Shown here piece by piece: positions 11,179 to 24,676 of a stretch of DNA of 64,000 nucleotides. The DNA is taken from assembly GCF_001194135.2 (NCBI RefSeq), contig NC_068985.1:123942895-124006894 (forward strand). The letters run 5' to 3'. The notes under the pieces were generated by a model. That model saw only the letters and a list, made by a program, of their open reading frames with translations, ran no database searches and was not told where the DNA came from. Position numbers and translations under genes: made by a program. Origin of the DNA: Octopus bimaculoides. Lineage: Eukaryota. Each line of letters starts with the position of its first letter. Position 1 is the first letter of the stretch.

Positions 11179-12989
11179 CTAAAGGCATACTTATGCTGCA
11201 AAAATCTTTTGTTAAAGGGATTGTCAGTAAGCTCTTCGTCTTTCTGTATAAGATACTTGCAGTTTTTTGTTTTTATTTTATTTTATTTTATTTTTTAAGA
11301 AAATAATATTCTTAATTCATTTTGCAGTCTGCTACTGTATTGCCTCTCTTACAGTGGGTGATATATTTATGAAGACTTATACATCAGAATTTAACTATTA
11401 GAGTTCCATATCACATAATGCATAATTTCGCCTATAGACTTACTCGTTATTAGTCATATGTTTACACTGTTTATGACATGTGTATATTAGCTGCATATTC
11501 ACCTTAATTTTATATTGCTATATGAATACTACTTTCACAATAAACAGAGTTTATTTTCAGAGGGTATTCTACAAAGTATGAACGTACTGCCTATTAATAT
11601 TTCCCCATCTTTCTTAGTTTTACAGCATGTGGAGGAATATGTTGTAATTGCCCCTTATTGTAAATGTATGGGGGACCAACAAAAGCTTTTGAGACATTTA
11701 CTGTTGTGAAGTCTGCATCTTTTACTGTGTCAGCCCAATTTATAAGTTATGCTAGCTACACGCAGCGTGCTGTTGGTTTATATGCTTATGGTGTATGTGT
11801 ATGTATATATGTGCATAAATGTGTGTGTGTGAGTGTGTGTGTGTATGTGTGTATGCCTTTTGGATTTCTCGCCATTAGAAAAATAACTGGTTTCTAACCT
11901 GGAAGCAAGACTCCCTCAGTGGAATTTAGTATTTATATGTAAGCAAGTATGAATGCACGCATCTATGCATTAGTGAATGTACGTAAATATGCATGCATGC
12001 ATACATATATACGTATGCGAACATGTATATATACATGCTTACGTGCACATGCACATAGGAATATACGTCACTGCACATGTAGATCTTATTATATGCCAAA
12101 CTTATCGAACGCTTTACATATTTTGACATTACGTTTCATAGCTTGTGGCTGCAATCTTTTAATTAGGCGTGTTCTTTCTGGCTTTGTGAAACCCAGCTCC
12201 TTAAGATTGTTACTAAAGCAGTGAGTTACGTAGCCAGGTGCCATAAAAATTATTGCTAGAAATCTGAAACATTAACTACAGATTTCTAGTCAGTTCAGCA
12301 TAGGCGTTTTCGTTTTTACTGGTGTTGAACATTATGTTGAAATATTTGTATATTTAGAAATACTAATTCGAGATTTTAATAAGCTGACAGAAGTACAAAC
12401 CGAACACTGCTACTAAAGAAGAAATGTTTCACTGTATTCTAGCTATAATATATTAGCCATGAATAACATGGTGTTGCGTGCAAATAAACAATCATACATT
12501 GAACTAAAATGATTTGTTACAACATGCTTGCATAACATTCAATACTTCATATCATGTGAACATGTTTTCCATTCGAAGTTGTATAGATTGTATGACATTA
12601 GCTTTTCGTAGAGGTCATAATTCATCGACTGAAATTTCATTGGAAAGCATTTTTTTTTTTTGTCGATATATTTTATCGTGTCAAACGTTCGAGCGGACAA
12701 GATGGTGCACGATCAGTTCATTTTGTGAGTGCTTTAATTCGGGATATTTAGTTTGTATCCCTAGAGGTGTTCAAATTTTTATGAGCAACAAAATTTAATG
12801 AAATTACTGAGAGGAAAACTAATATCAGACTGGTTATTACAGGAAAACAATAGCTAATCCCATAAAAGAAATAAAAATGAAAAATATTCCCCACCTCCAA
12901 AAAATCCCCCATAAACCTATAATCAGTATCCAATAACCTGTCTATCAACAATATATATATAAACTCTTGACATCTATACTCTACAACAG

Positions 12990-13149
12990 GTGGCTTGCTC
13001 ATCTGGAAGATGATATCTTAGTAAAGAAAGAACGAGAAAGGAGAGAACAGAAAAGATATCGAAAATCTAAGTATTGCATGGATATATTTCGGAAAACACT
13101 ACGACAACGTTCGACACTCCTCTTCGCTGGATTTATTGCACATAAATAA
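12990..13149 (+). CDS. Candidate exon (WLAHLEDDILVKKERERREQKRYRKSK...)
   Basis: Acceptor ctctacaacAG. The opposite strand also has open frames and a strong polypyrimidine acceptor at 13002, so the strand is unresolved. Confidence 0.2.
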
Positions 13150-13191
13150 TGCTGCTCTGAATCAATGATAGTAAAGATGGTATCAATCTAA

Positions 13192-13335
13192 AAATATTGG
13201 TTTTAAATTTTGACACAAGGCCCGCCAGCTCGTGGTGGAAGCCAGTCGATTACATCGACCCCAGTGCTCAACTGGTATTTATTTTATCGACCACGGAAAA
13301 ATGAAATGTAAATTCGACTTCGGCGGAATTCCAAA
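13192..13335 (-). mobile_element. SINE family B, 5'-truncated, tail type 1a
   Basis: gtcgattacatcgaccccagtgctcaactggta core; tail ccttgtgtcaaaatttaaaaccaat on -. Confidence 0.8.
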
Positions 13336-14148
13336 TAAAAATATTTATAACACTGCAAGATAAAGAGAGAATAAAAACTAACTCTACCCCAAAAGAGAGT
13401 ACCAAGTTTTATGGAAATTGCTTCTTGGTGCTACAATTCTACTTATCTTTAGTTCCATCGACAAACTTACTGAATCAAACCACTGTTTGATTGCAAGAAT
13501 ATTGTATAAAAGTTATTAAAGTAGCTCGAGCCAGCACGACGCAATCTTCCCGGTTGCTTGCTCAGCATGAAATAGCTACCGAGTCTCATTTGAAGACAAA
13601 ATCCCTGCCATAAAACAGAAGGTCGCACTAGATAATGTCTTAAAATAAAATATGATCACGGCTTGAAGGCAATTAACCGTAGGTCTCCTCGCTGAAGGCC
13701 GGCATGTGACAGACCACAAGAATGAAAATTATTTTCATTTTAGTGAAGATTTAAAAGTATACGTAAGATAAAATATACCGCTGGAAAAGCCACGAGAGGT
13801 TTGTGCATAGATTTAACAATAAAATCAAAGTCGGTATTGGATAAAATGTACCAAATCCGTTCTAAAAGGGGATGAAATTATCAACGCTAAAGAAACATTA
13901 GACTTTAAAATCAGAGAAATTTTAGGGGGCGCCCACCAAACACGTGGCTGGAAGTAAATAAAACTGAGAAGGTACGACCCAAAAACTATGGAGAAGATTA
14001 GAAAATGTTTTAGATCGATACAAATTTTTAACATTAACACTGACCGTCTGTACGAAGGATTATTTACCTAAATTCAGTGGAATACATCCACTGGCTTTCA
14101 AAAATAGAAATATTAATATTTCTAATGAAGCCTGCTGGGTTCGGCTGC

Positions 14149-14190
14149 TCTACATTGATAAGAGGCAATACCTCGAAACTAGTCTGTAGA
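14149..14190 (+). ncRNA. Decayed minimal hammerhead ribozyme motif inside an interspersed repeat (about 14085-14370)
   Basis: TCTACA-ttgataa-GAGG-caata-CCTC-GAAA-CTAG-TC-TGTAGA: perfect stems I and II, palindromic stem III ACTAGT and a GUC site; core has two substitutions (C3U, G8A). Confidence 0.55.
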
Positions 14191-16309
14191 TGCCAGACCA
14201 GCAAGGAGAAGCGGGTGACCTGCCCTGTCCAAAGAGTATAATGGACACAGATTCGTGTGTCACATAGCTAGCAAGAGGCGATGGCCTCTTGGAGCTAATC
14301 AACGGCAGCATTCGTCCTGTTTTTTGGACTGCTTTGTTGGCTTGGCGTAAACTATTAATATATATAAATACATATATTATATTGTATGTATATATTTTAT
14401 TAATTTGCCTGTACGGCTGATAATTCGCTTGCCACTCGTGATGGTATTTTAATAATACCATCCCTCTTATATATATATATATNNNNNNNNNNNNNNNNNN
14501 NNNNNNNNNNNNNNNNNNNNNNNNNNNNNNNNNNNNNNNNNNNNNNNNNNNNNNNNNNNNNNNNNNNNNNNNNNNNNNNNNNNNNNNNNNNNNNNNNNNN
14601 NNNNNNNNNNNNNNNNNNNNNNNNNNNNNNNNNNNNNNNNNNNNNNNNNNNNNNNNNNNNNNNNNNNNNNNNNNNNNNNNNNNNNNNNNNNNNNNNNNNN
14701 NNNNNNNNNNNNNNNNNNNNNNNNNNNNNNNNNNNNNNNNNNNNNNNNNNNNNNNNNNNNNNNNNNNNNNNNNNNNNNNNNNNNNNNNNNNNNNNNNNNN
14801 NNNNNNNNNNNNNNNNNNNNNNNNNNNNNNNNNNNNNNNNNNNNNNNNNNNNNNNNNNNNNNNNNNNNNNNNNNNNNNNNNNNNNNNNNNNNNNNNNNNN
14901 NNNNNNNNNNNNNNNNNNNNNNNNNNNNNNNNNNNNNNNNNNNNNNNNNNNNNNNNNNNNNNNNNNNNNNNNNNNNNNNNNNNNNNNNNNNNNNNNNNNN
15001 NNNNNNNNNNNNNNNNNNNNNNNNNNNNNNNNNNNNNNNNNNNNNNNNNNNNNNNNNNNNNNNNNNNNNNNNNNNNNNNNNNNNNNNNNNNNNNNNNNNN
15101 NNNNNNNNNNNNNNNNNNNNNNNNNNNNNNNNNNNNNNNNNNNNNNNNNNNNNNNNNNNNNNNNNNNNNNNNNNNNNNNNNNNNNNNNNNNNNNNNNNNN
15201 NNNNNNAAGGACGATTTTACTTTTTTACGGTAGAAATAAAGATTCCGTTTCCGTCGAATCTAGTTCTACGCATTGATGATCGGAGCGAAACCGTTCGAAA
15301 AATACATGATGAATTTATTAAGGCAAAAACATTATTTAACTCGTACCAACATCTGACTTCAAATGTTGGTTTTTAAGCTGAGAGAAAACAGTCAAAAGGT
15401 CGCACACTCGGAGGAGCTCTTTATCAACTTAACATATATTATAAATATCATAAATCTATTCAGGTTTGGTATGCTTAGAATAATACAACTTGTATTTGCC
15501 GACTCTCAGTAAACATGTTAATATCAATCATCCAGTTGAGTAGGAAATGTATTAGAAAACTCATACGCACCCAGGCACACACAAATAACAAGCATACACA
15601 TATACACATGCTAACAGACACACGTACACATGCTAACAGACACACGTACACATGTATGTAGGCAAACGTATATTGATTTGTGTGTTGGGGAGGGTGATAT
15701 AATCCATACATACGACAGTTTAACAATTATTTAATCGATCATTGCTCAAACAATCTATTTGAATAAACACGCATATAAACATGCCTCATAGAACACAAAC
15801 TCTTAGCCTACACGTATGTCATCTGACATACACAGACACACACACACACACGTCTGACATACACAGACACGCGCGCGCACGTACATATATATGAACAAAT
15901 ATTTCGCAATTTTAATGAGAGTTATTTGATTATGTAAACAAATTAGCGACAACGCTCAATAAGAATGATAAATATCAAGCTTAGAGCTATTAATTAGCTA
16001 AAATAGAAAGACATTCAAAACCATCATCTAGTTATATCGAAATGGAATTTCTACTGTCCATTCAACTGTCTCGAGACAACGATGTTGTCTCAGTGAGTCA
16101 ACAGAACATGCGTTACGTACACACACACACACACACACGCGCACACACACACACACACATAAACACGCACACTCATATGTATGTATGTGTGTATGTTTGT
16201 ATGTATGTATGTATACGTGCAGGTTTGCATGTTTTGTTTTAATGTATGTATTCAAATGCATATACTTGCATATCTAGACATGCTCATATATACAAAAATG
16301 ATAAACTTC

Positions 16310-16640
16310 TAGAAAGTTTTACAGGTTTTTACAGTTCCAGTGATGGATTGGATCCGTATTCTTCGAATCAGCTTTCTCCTTTCTGGTTTTGAGAAGCCTA
16401 ATTTTTCAAGATTGGAATTTACATATCCAGTGCCCCAGTAATTACAGGTATAAAGATGAACTTGTAATCTGGATAGAGTAACTGCAGATTTCTCAATAGG
16501 TCAGTATAGGTATTCTTTTTTTCACCGATCTTCAGTTTTATGCTAAAATCTGCCGAGCAGCTGATTTCCACAACTCATTATATCAGGTCTGTAGTGCTTA
16601 CATTTTGTTGAGGTTTTCACAGGAACATTCCACTTGTACT
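16310..16640 (-). mobile_element. R4-group LINE remnant: restriction-like endonuclease (RLE) C-terminus
   Basis: Minus translation VEISCSADFSIKLKIGEKKNTYTDLLRNLQLLYPDYKFIFIPVITGAL...LIRRIRIQSITGTVKTCKTF. Confidence 0.7.
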
Positions 16641-17050
16641 CCTTTTTTTTTTTATTATAAGTGGCTATGGCTCTCACCACTATGCATGTTTGTATGTACG
16701 TATGTATGTATGCATAGTGGTATTCCGGACGTTTTGAGCCTGAATATGACAGATTAAATAAAATTACTCTCTACTTGCCTTTATACTATTAAATATATTG
16801 GGCACGTGATGGAACACACGTGATGGAACGCATGTGATGGCCAATGGAAGAGAATATGTGTACATATATATTGTGTGTATGTATACATATACATATATAT
16901 ATATGTTTGTGCGTATGTGTGTGTATACATATATGTACATACATATCTATATATATATATCGATATATATATATATATACAATGGAGAGTATAGGATGTG
17001 TAGGACAACTTAAACAGCCACAGGTCTCACAGCTATTTCGGGATATATTA

Positions 17051-17559
17051 ATATATGCATATATCCATACATATATGTACATACCTACATCTATATGTAT
17101 ACATAGATGCATATATGGGTACAGGACATAAAAAAAAACGTTAAACACAATGAGAAACGAAAACATAGAAAACGAACTTTTTTCGAACAACGAAAAAACA
17201 CAACCAGAGAAACGAGACATGCAACATAAAGAGTAAACCCCTTCATAAGTTGTTCCTGTTTCATCTACTCCGCGTTTCGAAGGCAAGGACAATACGCGAC
17301 TTCGTTGAAACAGTCCTTCCCGACGCGGAGCAGATGAAACAGGGATAGCTGACGAAGGGGTATACTCTTTATGTTGCATCTCTCGTTTCTCTGTTTGTTT
17401 TTTTCGTTGTTCGAAAACAGTTCGTTTTCTGTTTTCGTTTCTATGTTTTCGTTTCTCATTGTGTTTAACGTTTTTTTTTTATGTCCTGTACCCATATATG
17501 CATGTATGTATACTTATACATGTAGGTATGTACATATATGTATAGATATATGCATATAT
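17051..17559. repeat. Foldback element: arms of about 225-235 bp around a short spacer
   Basis: 17051-17275 is the reverse complement of 17323-17559 with few mismatches or indels; a related arm fragment lies at about 10025-10110. Confidence 0.9.
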
Positions 17560-17632
17560 TTATATATAATTTATATTATTATACGATCGAACGTCACGCA
17601 TCCTTTTCCAAGTAAGTTTTATATATATATAC

Positions 17633-17669
<37 letters not shown>

Positions 17670-18223
17670 NNNNNNNNNNNNNNNNNNNNNNNNNNNNNNN
17701 NNNNNNNNNNNNNNNNNNNNNNNNNNNNNNNNNNNNNNNNNNNNNNNNNNNNNNNNNNNNNNNNNNNNNNNNNNNNNNNNNNNNNNNNNNNNNNNNNNNN
17801 NNNNNNNNNNNNNNNNNNNNNNNNNNNNNNNNNNNNNNNNNNNNNNNNNNNNNNNNNNNNNNNNNNNNNNNNNNNNNNNNNNNNNNNNNNNNNNNNNNNN
17901 NNNNNNNNNNNNNNNNNNNNNNNNNNNNNNNNNNNNNNNNNNNNNNNNNNNNNNNNNNNNNNNNNNNNNNNNNNNNNNNNNNNNNNNNNNNNNNNNNNNN
18001 NNNNNNNNNNNNNNNNNNNNNNNNNNNNNNNNNNNNNNNNNNNNNNNNNNNNNNNNNNNNNNNNNNNNNNNNNNNNNNNNNNNNNNNNNNNNNNNNNNNN
18101 NNNNNNNNNNNNNNNNNNNNNNNNNNNNNNNNNNNNNNNNNNNNNNNNNNNNNNNNNNNNNNNNNNNNNNNNNNNNNNNNNNNNNNNNNNNNNNNNNNNN
18201 NNNNNNATATATATATATATATA

Positions 18224-18720
18224 GGGTCATTCCATAAATAATGCAGTATTTTCAATTGCATGAACTAAAAGTCGAGGGAAGACGGGATGAACTACTTGCA
18301 TCAATTTGCTATAAAAGAGGTAGTAATTTTACCTTGCACTTATTCTTTGTGCAAGTTTTGAAGAGTGCAGCTCGATTTTGACAGTTATTTTTTCTAAGCT
18401 ATAATGGAGCATATAAAAGACAAAGGAGCATATTCGGCATATTTTGCTTTATGAGTCCAATAAAGGCAACAGTGCAACGGAAAGTGCAAGAAATTTTAAT
18501 GCAGTACATGGAAGTAGGACAATAAGCGTGAGCCAGTGTGTACGGTGGCTCCAGAAATTCCGAGCTGGAAGCTATAGCCTAGAAAAGGAGCTTTATCCTG
18601 GAAGATCTGTAGAGCTCGACGAGGACGTCCTGCAAACCCTAGTGGAAGAAAATCCTATCGTAACTGTTGGGGAACTAGCAGAGAAGCTTGGATTTGGTCA
18701 TTCAACCATTCATCGATACA
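18224..18720 (+). mobile_element. Mariner transposon, 5' part (HTH region), 3'-truncated
   Basis: TA|gggtcattccat terminus; HIRHILLYESNKGNSATESARNFNAVHG...WLQKFRAG...LVEENPIVTVGELAEKLGFGHSTIHR. Confidence 0.9.
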
Positions 18721-18737
18721 TACGTACCATATATATA

Positions 18738-18898
18738 GGCGCAGGCGTACTTCTCTATCATATGGTTCCGGATTCAGTCCCATTGCATGGTACCTTGGAC
18801 AAGTGTCTTCTACTATAGCCTCAGGCCGACCAAGGCCTTATCAGTGGATTTGGCTGACAGACACTGATAGAAGATTGTCGTATATATGTGTGCGTGTA

Positions 18899-18938
<40 letters not shown>

Positions 18939-19139
18939 TGTGTGCATCCCCATCACCGCTTGACAACCGGTGTTGGTGTGTTTACGTCCACGTAACCTAG
19001 TGCAAAAGAAACCGATAGGATAAGTACTAGGTTTAAAAAATAAGTCTTGGGGTAGATTCGCTTGACTAAAAACCTTCAAGGCGGTGCTCCAGCATGGCCG
19101 CAGTCAAATGACTGAAACAAGTAAAAGGATAAAAGAATA
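18738..19139 (+). mobile_element. SINE family A, full length, internal (TG)n
   Basis: ggcgcagg head to gtaaaaggataaaagaat tail; co-linear with 7919-8338. Confidence 0.85.
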
Positions 19140-19763
19140 TACACACACACATACATAATACACCAACACAACACCTCTCTTGTCAAGTCTATGTCAGTTG
19201 TTTGACCTTAACCCCCCCCACTCACATAAATATGTGTGTGTGTGTGTTTATGCTCACACATCATCCATCCTTTTATACACAAACACACACACACACACAC
19301 ATACATACACACATACATACATACATACATACACACACATACATACATGCATACATACATACATACATACAAACACACATACATACATACATACGCTGCT
19401 CTTGTTTTCTATATTTTGCTCGAATATGTTTTACCATCTTTTATAGCAAAGCTTGAGTCTTCTGTAAAAAAAAAAAAACATCTATTGGACTCAGCTTTCT
19501 GTATTGAGTTTCTCACCTAGTTTGCGGTTTTCTCATATCAATTTCGGCTTTGCTTAGTAGTGACGGCTTAGCATTTTAAATTTGCTTCTCTTTTGAATAC
19601 ATTCAGTAAGTCGATCATTTTCATTACTGCTTGTCCCTAACTTTTGGTACCTCATCCAGTGTTTTGTTTCTTTCATATTTTCGTAGTTTTTTATTAGTTT
19701 ATTATTTACTAGATGCATTTTGTAATCCTATGCTAAACAGTTTATCATATATAGTTCACCGTT

Positions 19764-19950
19764 AAGGCAGCGAGCTGCGCAAAGTGCTTAGTAGCATTCC
19801 GTTCGTAGCTACGTTCCGATTTCAAATTCCCTAGATGTCAACTTTACCTTTCATTCTTTCGAGGTTGTTAAAATAAGTACCACCTAAGCACTAGGGGTCG
19901 AATTAATCGACTTACACCGTTCCAGAAAGCTGCTGGCCTCGTATGTCAAA
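19764..19950 (+). mobile_element. SINE family B (degraded)
   Basis: aaggcagcgagctg head, ttcaaattcc B box, aaaataagtacc...ggggtcgaattaatcgact core. Confidence 0.8.
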
Positions 19951-20522
19951 TTGTTATGTACACATTGTCATCATACGAAGCAAAAGTTTCTCTCCTGTGA
20001 CGTACGCAACAGCGATTTGCATATTTGAATTCGAAACTGTCGGAACAATAAATATGCAAGTTATCTATTGTTTTATAGTAATTTTCTTGTAACAGAAGGT
20101 CTGTAATTGTCCACAGTAAATATAATCTTTGCGTGTCGCCTCTAAGTACTACCATTACTGTCTTTGTTTTCCAATTATGCTGATTCACTTAGCTTCCGGG
20201 GAAATTTTTGCAACTGTAACTGATTACTAGAACGGCTTGGATATTGATACATATTAGTTTATCGTAGCATATCTTTGATGATATTCCTTCTTAACACATT
20301 TTCCCTCTGATACGTGTACTGGGTCTATTATATTATTTCCTTAGAGGTTGTCAAACCGATCTCGGTCTTTTTCTTTTATCCCTCTTTCCTTGTCACACAT
20401 AATAATATTACCGATTTATTTCATTTATTTCTCTTCAAGGGAACATTGTCACAGTTCTTCAAACCGAATTTTAAGCCAATTTCCAGTTAAATCCAAGCAT
20501 TCTATGTCCGTACGTATGCATA

Positions 20523-20664
20523 TCTTCTTCTTCTTCTTCTTCTTCTTCTTCTTCTTCTTCTTCTTCTTCTTCTTCTTCTTCTTCTTCTTCTTCTTCTTCT
20601 TCTTCTTCTTCTTCTTCTTCTTCTTCTTCTTCTTCTTCTTCTTCTTCTTCTTCTTCTTCTTCTT

Positions 20665-20724
<60 letters not shown>

Positions 20725-20726
20725 GC

Positions 20727-20774
<48 letters not shown>

Positions 20775-20795
20775 TATTATTATTATTATTATTAT
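20523..20795. repeat. Compound trinucleotide microsatellite (TTC)n-(TTA)n-(CAT)n-(TAT)n
   Basis: Directly visible. Confidence 0.97.
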
Positions 20796-21566
20796 TTCTT
20801 TTTATCTGAGGTTTTGTTGGAGCTTCTGCATTCTTGCACGCGTAGGGGCTTGCTGCCTGCGCCCTACGATATCATGCTATCTGTTCTTTTCAACTGTCTA
20901 ATACTTTCCTGATTATTCTGGTCGTGCCAAGGAGGCAAAACTTTTGTAACTGTTCTTCTGGTCATTGTATTCTGATTTCATTTATATTCCACTTGATGCC
21001 TACTGATTCTGTCCCCAGGGACCCAACACTAATTCACAGTATCTTCACATTCTTCTTTTCTATAGCCGGGCTATTTCGTACTATTTTTGTCTATTTTTTC
21101 GCCTTCCTTCTTGACTATTCGTGAGTGAAAGGGGCATGCAACATTAACTATACAGCACATGTGGTGCATCTTGTCAACTACCACTAGATCCGGTCTGCTA
21201 TGCTCCAGGACTTTGAAAGTCTCCGACTCCGCACTCTTTGCGGTGTGTCCTCATACCACATGTTGCTTTTCTCTAGCCCCCCCCCCCTTTTCGCACAGTT
21301 CCCAATGTAGCATCTTCGCCACTTTATCATATCGCTAGAACTTGTAGTTTGTTTTGGGCAAGTCTAGGACAGTGGTTTCGTCAACTCTATTACAGATGCG
21401 GCACAGTGGAGATACTTGCTCATTCCCGAGGTTGACCCTCCAATTAGTGGCCAAAACTTGGTCTTGCTCTGCCAGTGTAGTGCTCTGTCTCTTTTTTCAG
21501 TGTTCCTTTCTTCAGCCAATTTCACCTATGTTTTCCAGCAACTTCTGTTCTGGCTACATGGAATTG
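20796..21566 (-). mobile_element. R4/Dong-like LINE fragment 1 (CCHC + RLE + 3' UTR), decayed
   Basis: CRICNRVDET...YDKVAKMLHWELC...EHSRPDLVVVDK...LQKFCLLGTTRIIRKVLD; (TAA)n on both sides in element orientation. Confidence 0.8.
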
Positions 21567-21602
<36 letters not shown>

Positions 21603-21817
21603 GAGACGGTGAGATAAAAGAATTGTCAGTATGCTGGGCAAAGTTCTAACCGACATTTCGTCCGTCTTTACATTGTAAGTTCAAATTTTGTCGAGTTTGA
21701 CCTTGCATTTTATCCTTTCGCCGTCGATAGAGTAAGTACCAGTTGCGTATTAGAGTTGGTGTAATCGCTTAACTCCCTTCACCCAAATTTCAGGCCTTGT
21801 GTCAAAATTTGAAACCA
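21603..21817 (+). mobile_element. SINE family B, tail type 1a, between two (TTA)n tracts
   Basis: Degraded head, gttcaaatttt B box, tail ggccttgtgtcaaaatttgaaacca-(tta)n. Confidence 0.8.
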
Positions 21818-21890
<73 letters not shown>

Positions 21891-21891
<1 letters not shown>

Positions 21892-22828
21892 TTATTTGAC
21901 TTTTGTTTTGCATAACAAGTTAGAAGTTCATGTAGGTGTTATGCCTAGGGTGCCATATATTTGGATTTGTATAGTTTTGTTCTAGTGAATGTTTAAGAAA
22001 CCATAAGAAAATTATGCGTTTGCTTTAAAATTTGAGNNNNNNNNNNNNNNNNNNNNNNNNNNNNNNNNNNNNNNNNNNNNNNNNNNNNNNNNNNNNNNNN
22101 NNNNNNNNNNNNNNNNNNNNNNNNNNNNNNNNNNNNNNNNNNNNNNNNNNNNNNNNNNNNNNNNNNNNNNNNNNNNNNNNNNNNNNNNNNNNNNNNNNNN
22201 NNNNNNNNNNNNNNNNNNNNNNNNNNNNNNNNNNNNNNNNNNNNNNNNNNNNNNNNNNNNNNNNNNNNNNNNNNNNNNNNNNNNNNNNNNNNNNNNNNNN
22301 NNNNNNNNNNNNNNNNNNNNNNNNNNNNNNNNNNNNNNNNNNNNNNNNNNNNNNNNNNNNNNNNNNNNNNNNNNNNNNNNNNNNNNNNNNNNNNNNNNNN
22401 NNNNNNNNNNNNNNNNNNNNNNNNNNNNNNNNNNNNNNNNNNNNNNNNNNNNNNNNNNNNNNNNNNNNNNNNNNNNNNNNNNNNNNNTATGTTATATATA
22501 TTTGTAAGTCCTGGTGTTTTTGTTATGTATTTGTCTGAATATTTTTTTATTATACCTAAGGCACCTACTATAATAGGAATTGTTTCTGTTTTTAGATTCC
22601 ACATTCGAGTTACCTCTATTTCCAGGTCTTTGTATTTTGAAAGTCTTTCCATTTCTTTTAGAGAGACGTTGTCATCTGCTGGTATTGATACATCAATTAG
22701 AAAGCATTTTTTTTCTTCATGATCTTTGACAACTATATCTGGTCTATTTCCCTTAATTTCTCTATCTGTGTGTATTGGCATATCCCAGAGTATGGTTGCT
22801 TTCTCGTTTTCTGTGACCTTTTCTGGTG
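21891..22828 (-). mobile_element. R4/Dong-like LINE fragment 2 (RLE + 3' end, spans a gap)
   Basis: TPEKVTENEKATILWDMPIHTDREIKGNRPDIVVKDHEEKKCFLIDVSIP...KEMERLSKYKDLEIEVTRMW...IPIIVGALG with intact PD..D..K motifs; (TAA)n on both sides. Confidence 0.9.
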
Positions 22829-22855
22829 TTTATTATTATTATTATTATTATTATT

Positions 22856-24676
22856 GAGTGAGGGAGCAGAGCATGTCATCAAAGGATAAAATATACGAAG
22901 TGCAGTATACCCATCATGACTACCTGTCTGATAAAGGTACACCAGACACATACATCACAACCATATGTGCATATGGTGATCTCATAATCAAGCTAAACAG
23001 CATATGGCCCTTGTAGGTGCGGTCTAGTTAGAATTTTCTTCAGGTCGAGTAGCTCATCCCAGCCAAATGGTCCTTGAATAAGTGTTGTTTAAGGATGTTG
23101 AATGAAACACCCACGTGTCCAGAAGTGGATTATTCAAGCTCCAAAGAATTTCTCTCAATACATGGCTATGATGCCCCCCCCCTACTTATGTTCGTAGTCA
23201 GTGATGCACACATCGTCAGCCACCAAGGAGCATGCTCAACTGGTTAAGGTCAAACAACTGACAAGCAAATCTGTCGTATTGAGCAGAATATTTGCTGGGA
23301 TTTTTCTGAGATATGGTCTTCCTGACATCTCTTTTTTTTTTATCATACCTAGGGCTCCTAGAATAACAGAAACAGGTCTTGTTTTAAGATATCACACCTT
23401 TTGTATTTCAATTTCCATTTCTTTGTACTGGTCAAATTCCTTTACAGATATATTTTTATGAGTGGGAGCACTTGCATCTATTAGGCTGCAAGTATTTTCT
23501 TCTCTGCCTTTCATAATTGTATCTGGTCGATGAACCTGGATCGGTGATGACAGGAAAATCCCAGAGAATGGTGATATTTTTACCTTTAACGACTGACTCA
23601 GGATGATGTTCATACCAATAAGCAGGAGTGCCGATTTTGTAGTGTTTACATATTTTCAAATGTAAATACTGTCCTATCCAATCGTGGCGACTTTTGCATT
23701 CCAATGGACATCACGAAATAAGATGGTCTTTTGTTTCGTCAAATGAGTCGCAGAATTTTAATTTAGGGTCAGAGTCGTTTTGAAGAACGTTAACCTGATA
23801 GTTTTTTGGTTAGCAAGCTTTGATCTTGTGCCGCCGATATGAAACCTTAAGCCTCTGCTTTCAGTCCTGAACTTCTCCGGTACTGATAGTTGTTGCTTGG
23901 TCTTCTGCATCAGTATTTCGACTTTGTCGGATATACTGTCCATACAGGGGCTTCTGGTTCCACCGCTCTTCAATTTGTTTCTGCCCGTTCTTTTGGTAGT
24001 CCACTTGATCCGTTTTGCTTGTTTGGTGGCACTGGTCTCAGGTTTTTCATCTAATTCAGGGTTAATGCCAAGTTCCCTTGCGAATAGAATGTGACTTTTG
24101 CTGCTTTCATGCTTGCGCACAAGGCGCAGCAGCCGGTCCTCTGTACTAGATAAGTACCTGCTCATTACTATTGCGTAAGTCTACTAGCACAGTTCTAACT
24201 GCATCATTCCCCTTCCTCAATTACTTCTAGGTAGGTACAGACGAGGAACGTCTGCTTTTCGGTGATGCATGTTCTTTAATGTTAATAATTTTCTTGTCTT
24301 CCTGTCCAGGCGTTGGAGCTCCATAGGATTCCAGTTAATGATGTTAAAACTGTATTAGACTACTGGGAGTACCAGAGTGTCAATAAGCTTCGATGTGATT
24401 TTTCCACTTAAGTTCAGTTTTCAGTATGTCTTGTCTATTCCCAGGTATTCACAACTTTCTTATGGGTCAAGTTCCTTGATGGTAGCGTCGGTATCTAATT
24501 TAATGAAAGCTGTTTGTTTGTCCGAGCTTGCTCCTTACAAAATTTGCTTTAGCACACTTATCGATACCAAAATACATTCCGATGTCATTGCTAAACTCTT
24601 TAACAGTTGTTAGCAACCCAACTAGTTCTTGGTCATTTCTAGCAAACAGCTTCAGATCGTCCATATAAAACAAATG

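Noticed and set aside
15268-15300. ttgatga-tcggagc-gaaaccgtt Penelope-terminus-like motif
   Set aside because: Core altered and stems do not pair; too degraded to call.
17260-17365. GAAACGCG and CTGACGA motifs in the foldback centre as a permuted hammerhead
   Set aside because: Order and pairing do not give valid stems I and II.
20348-20809. Poly-F/L/S and poly-M/I/R ORFs
   Set aside because: Compound trinucleotide microsatellite.
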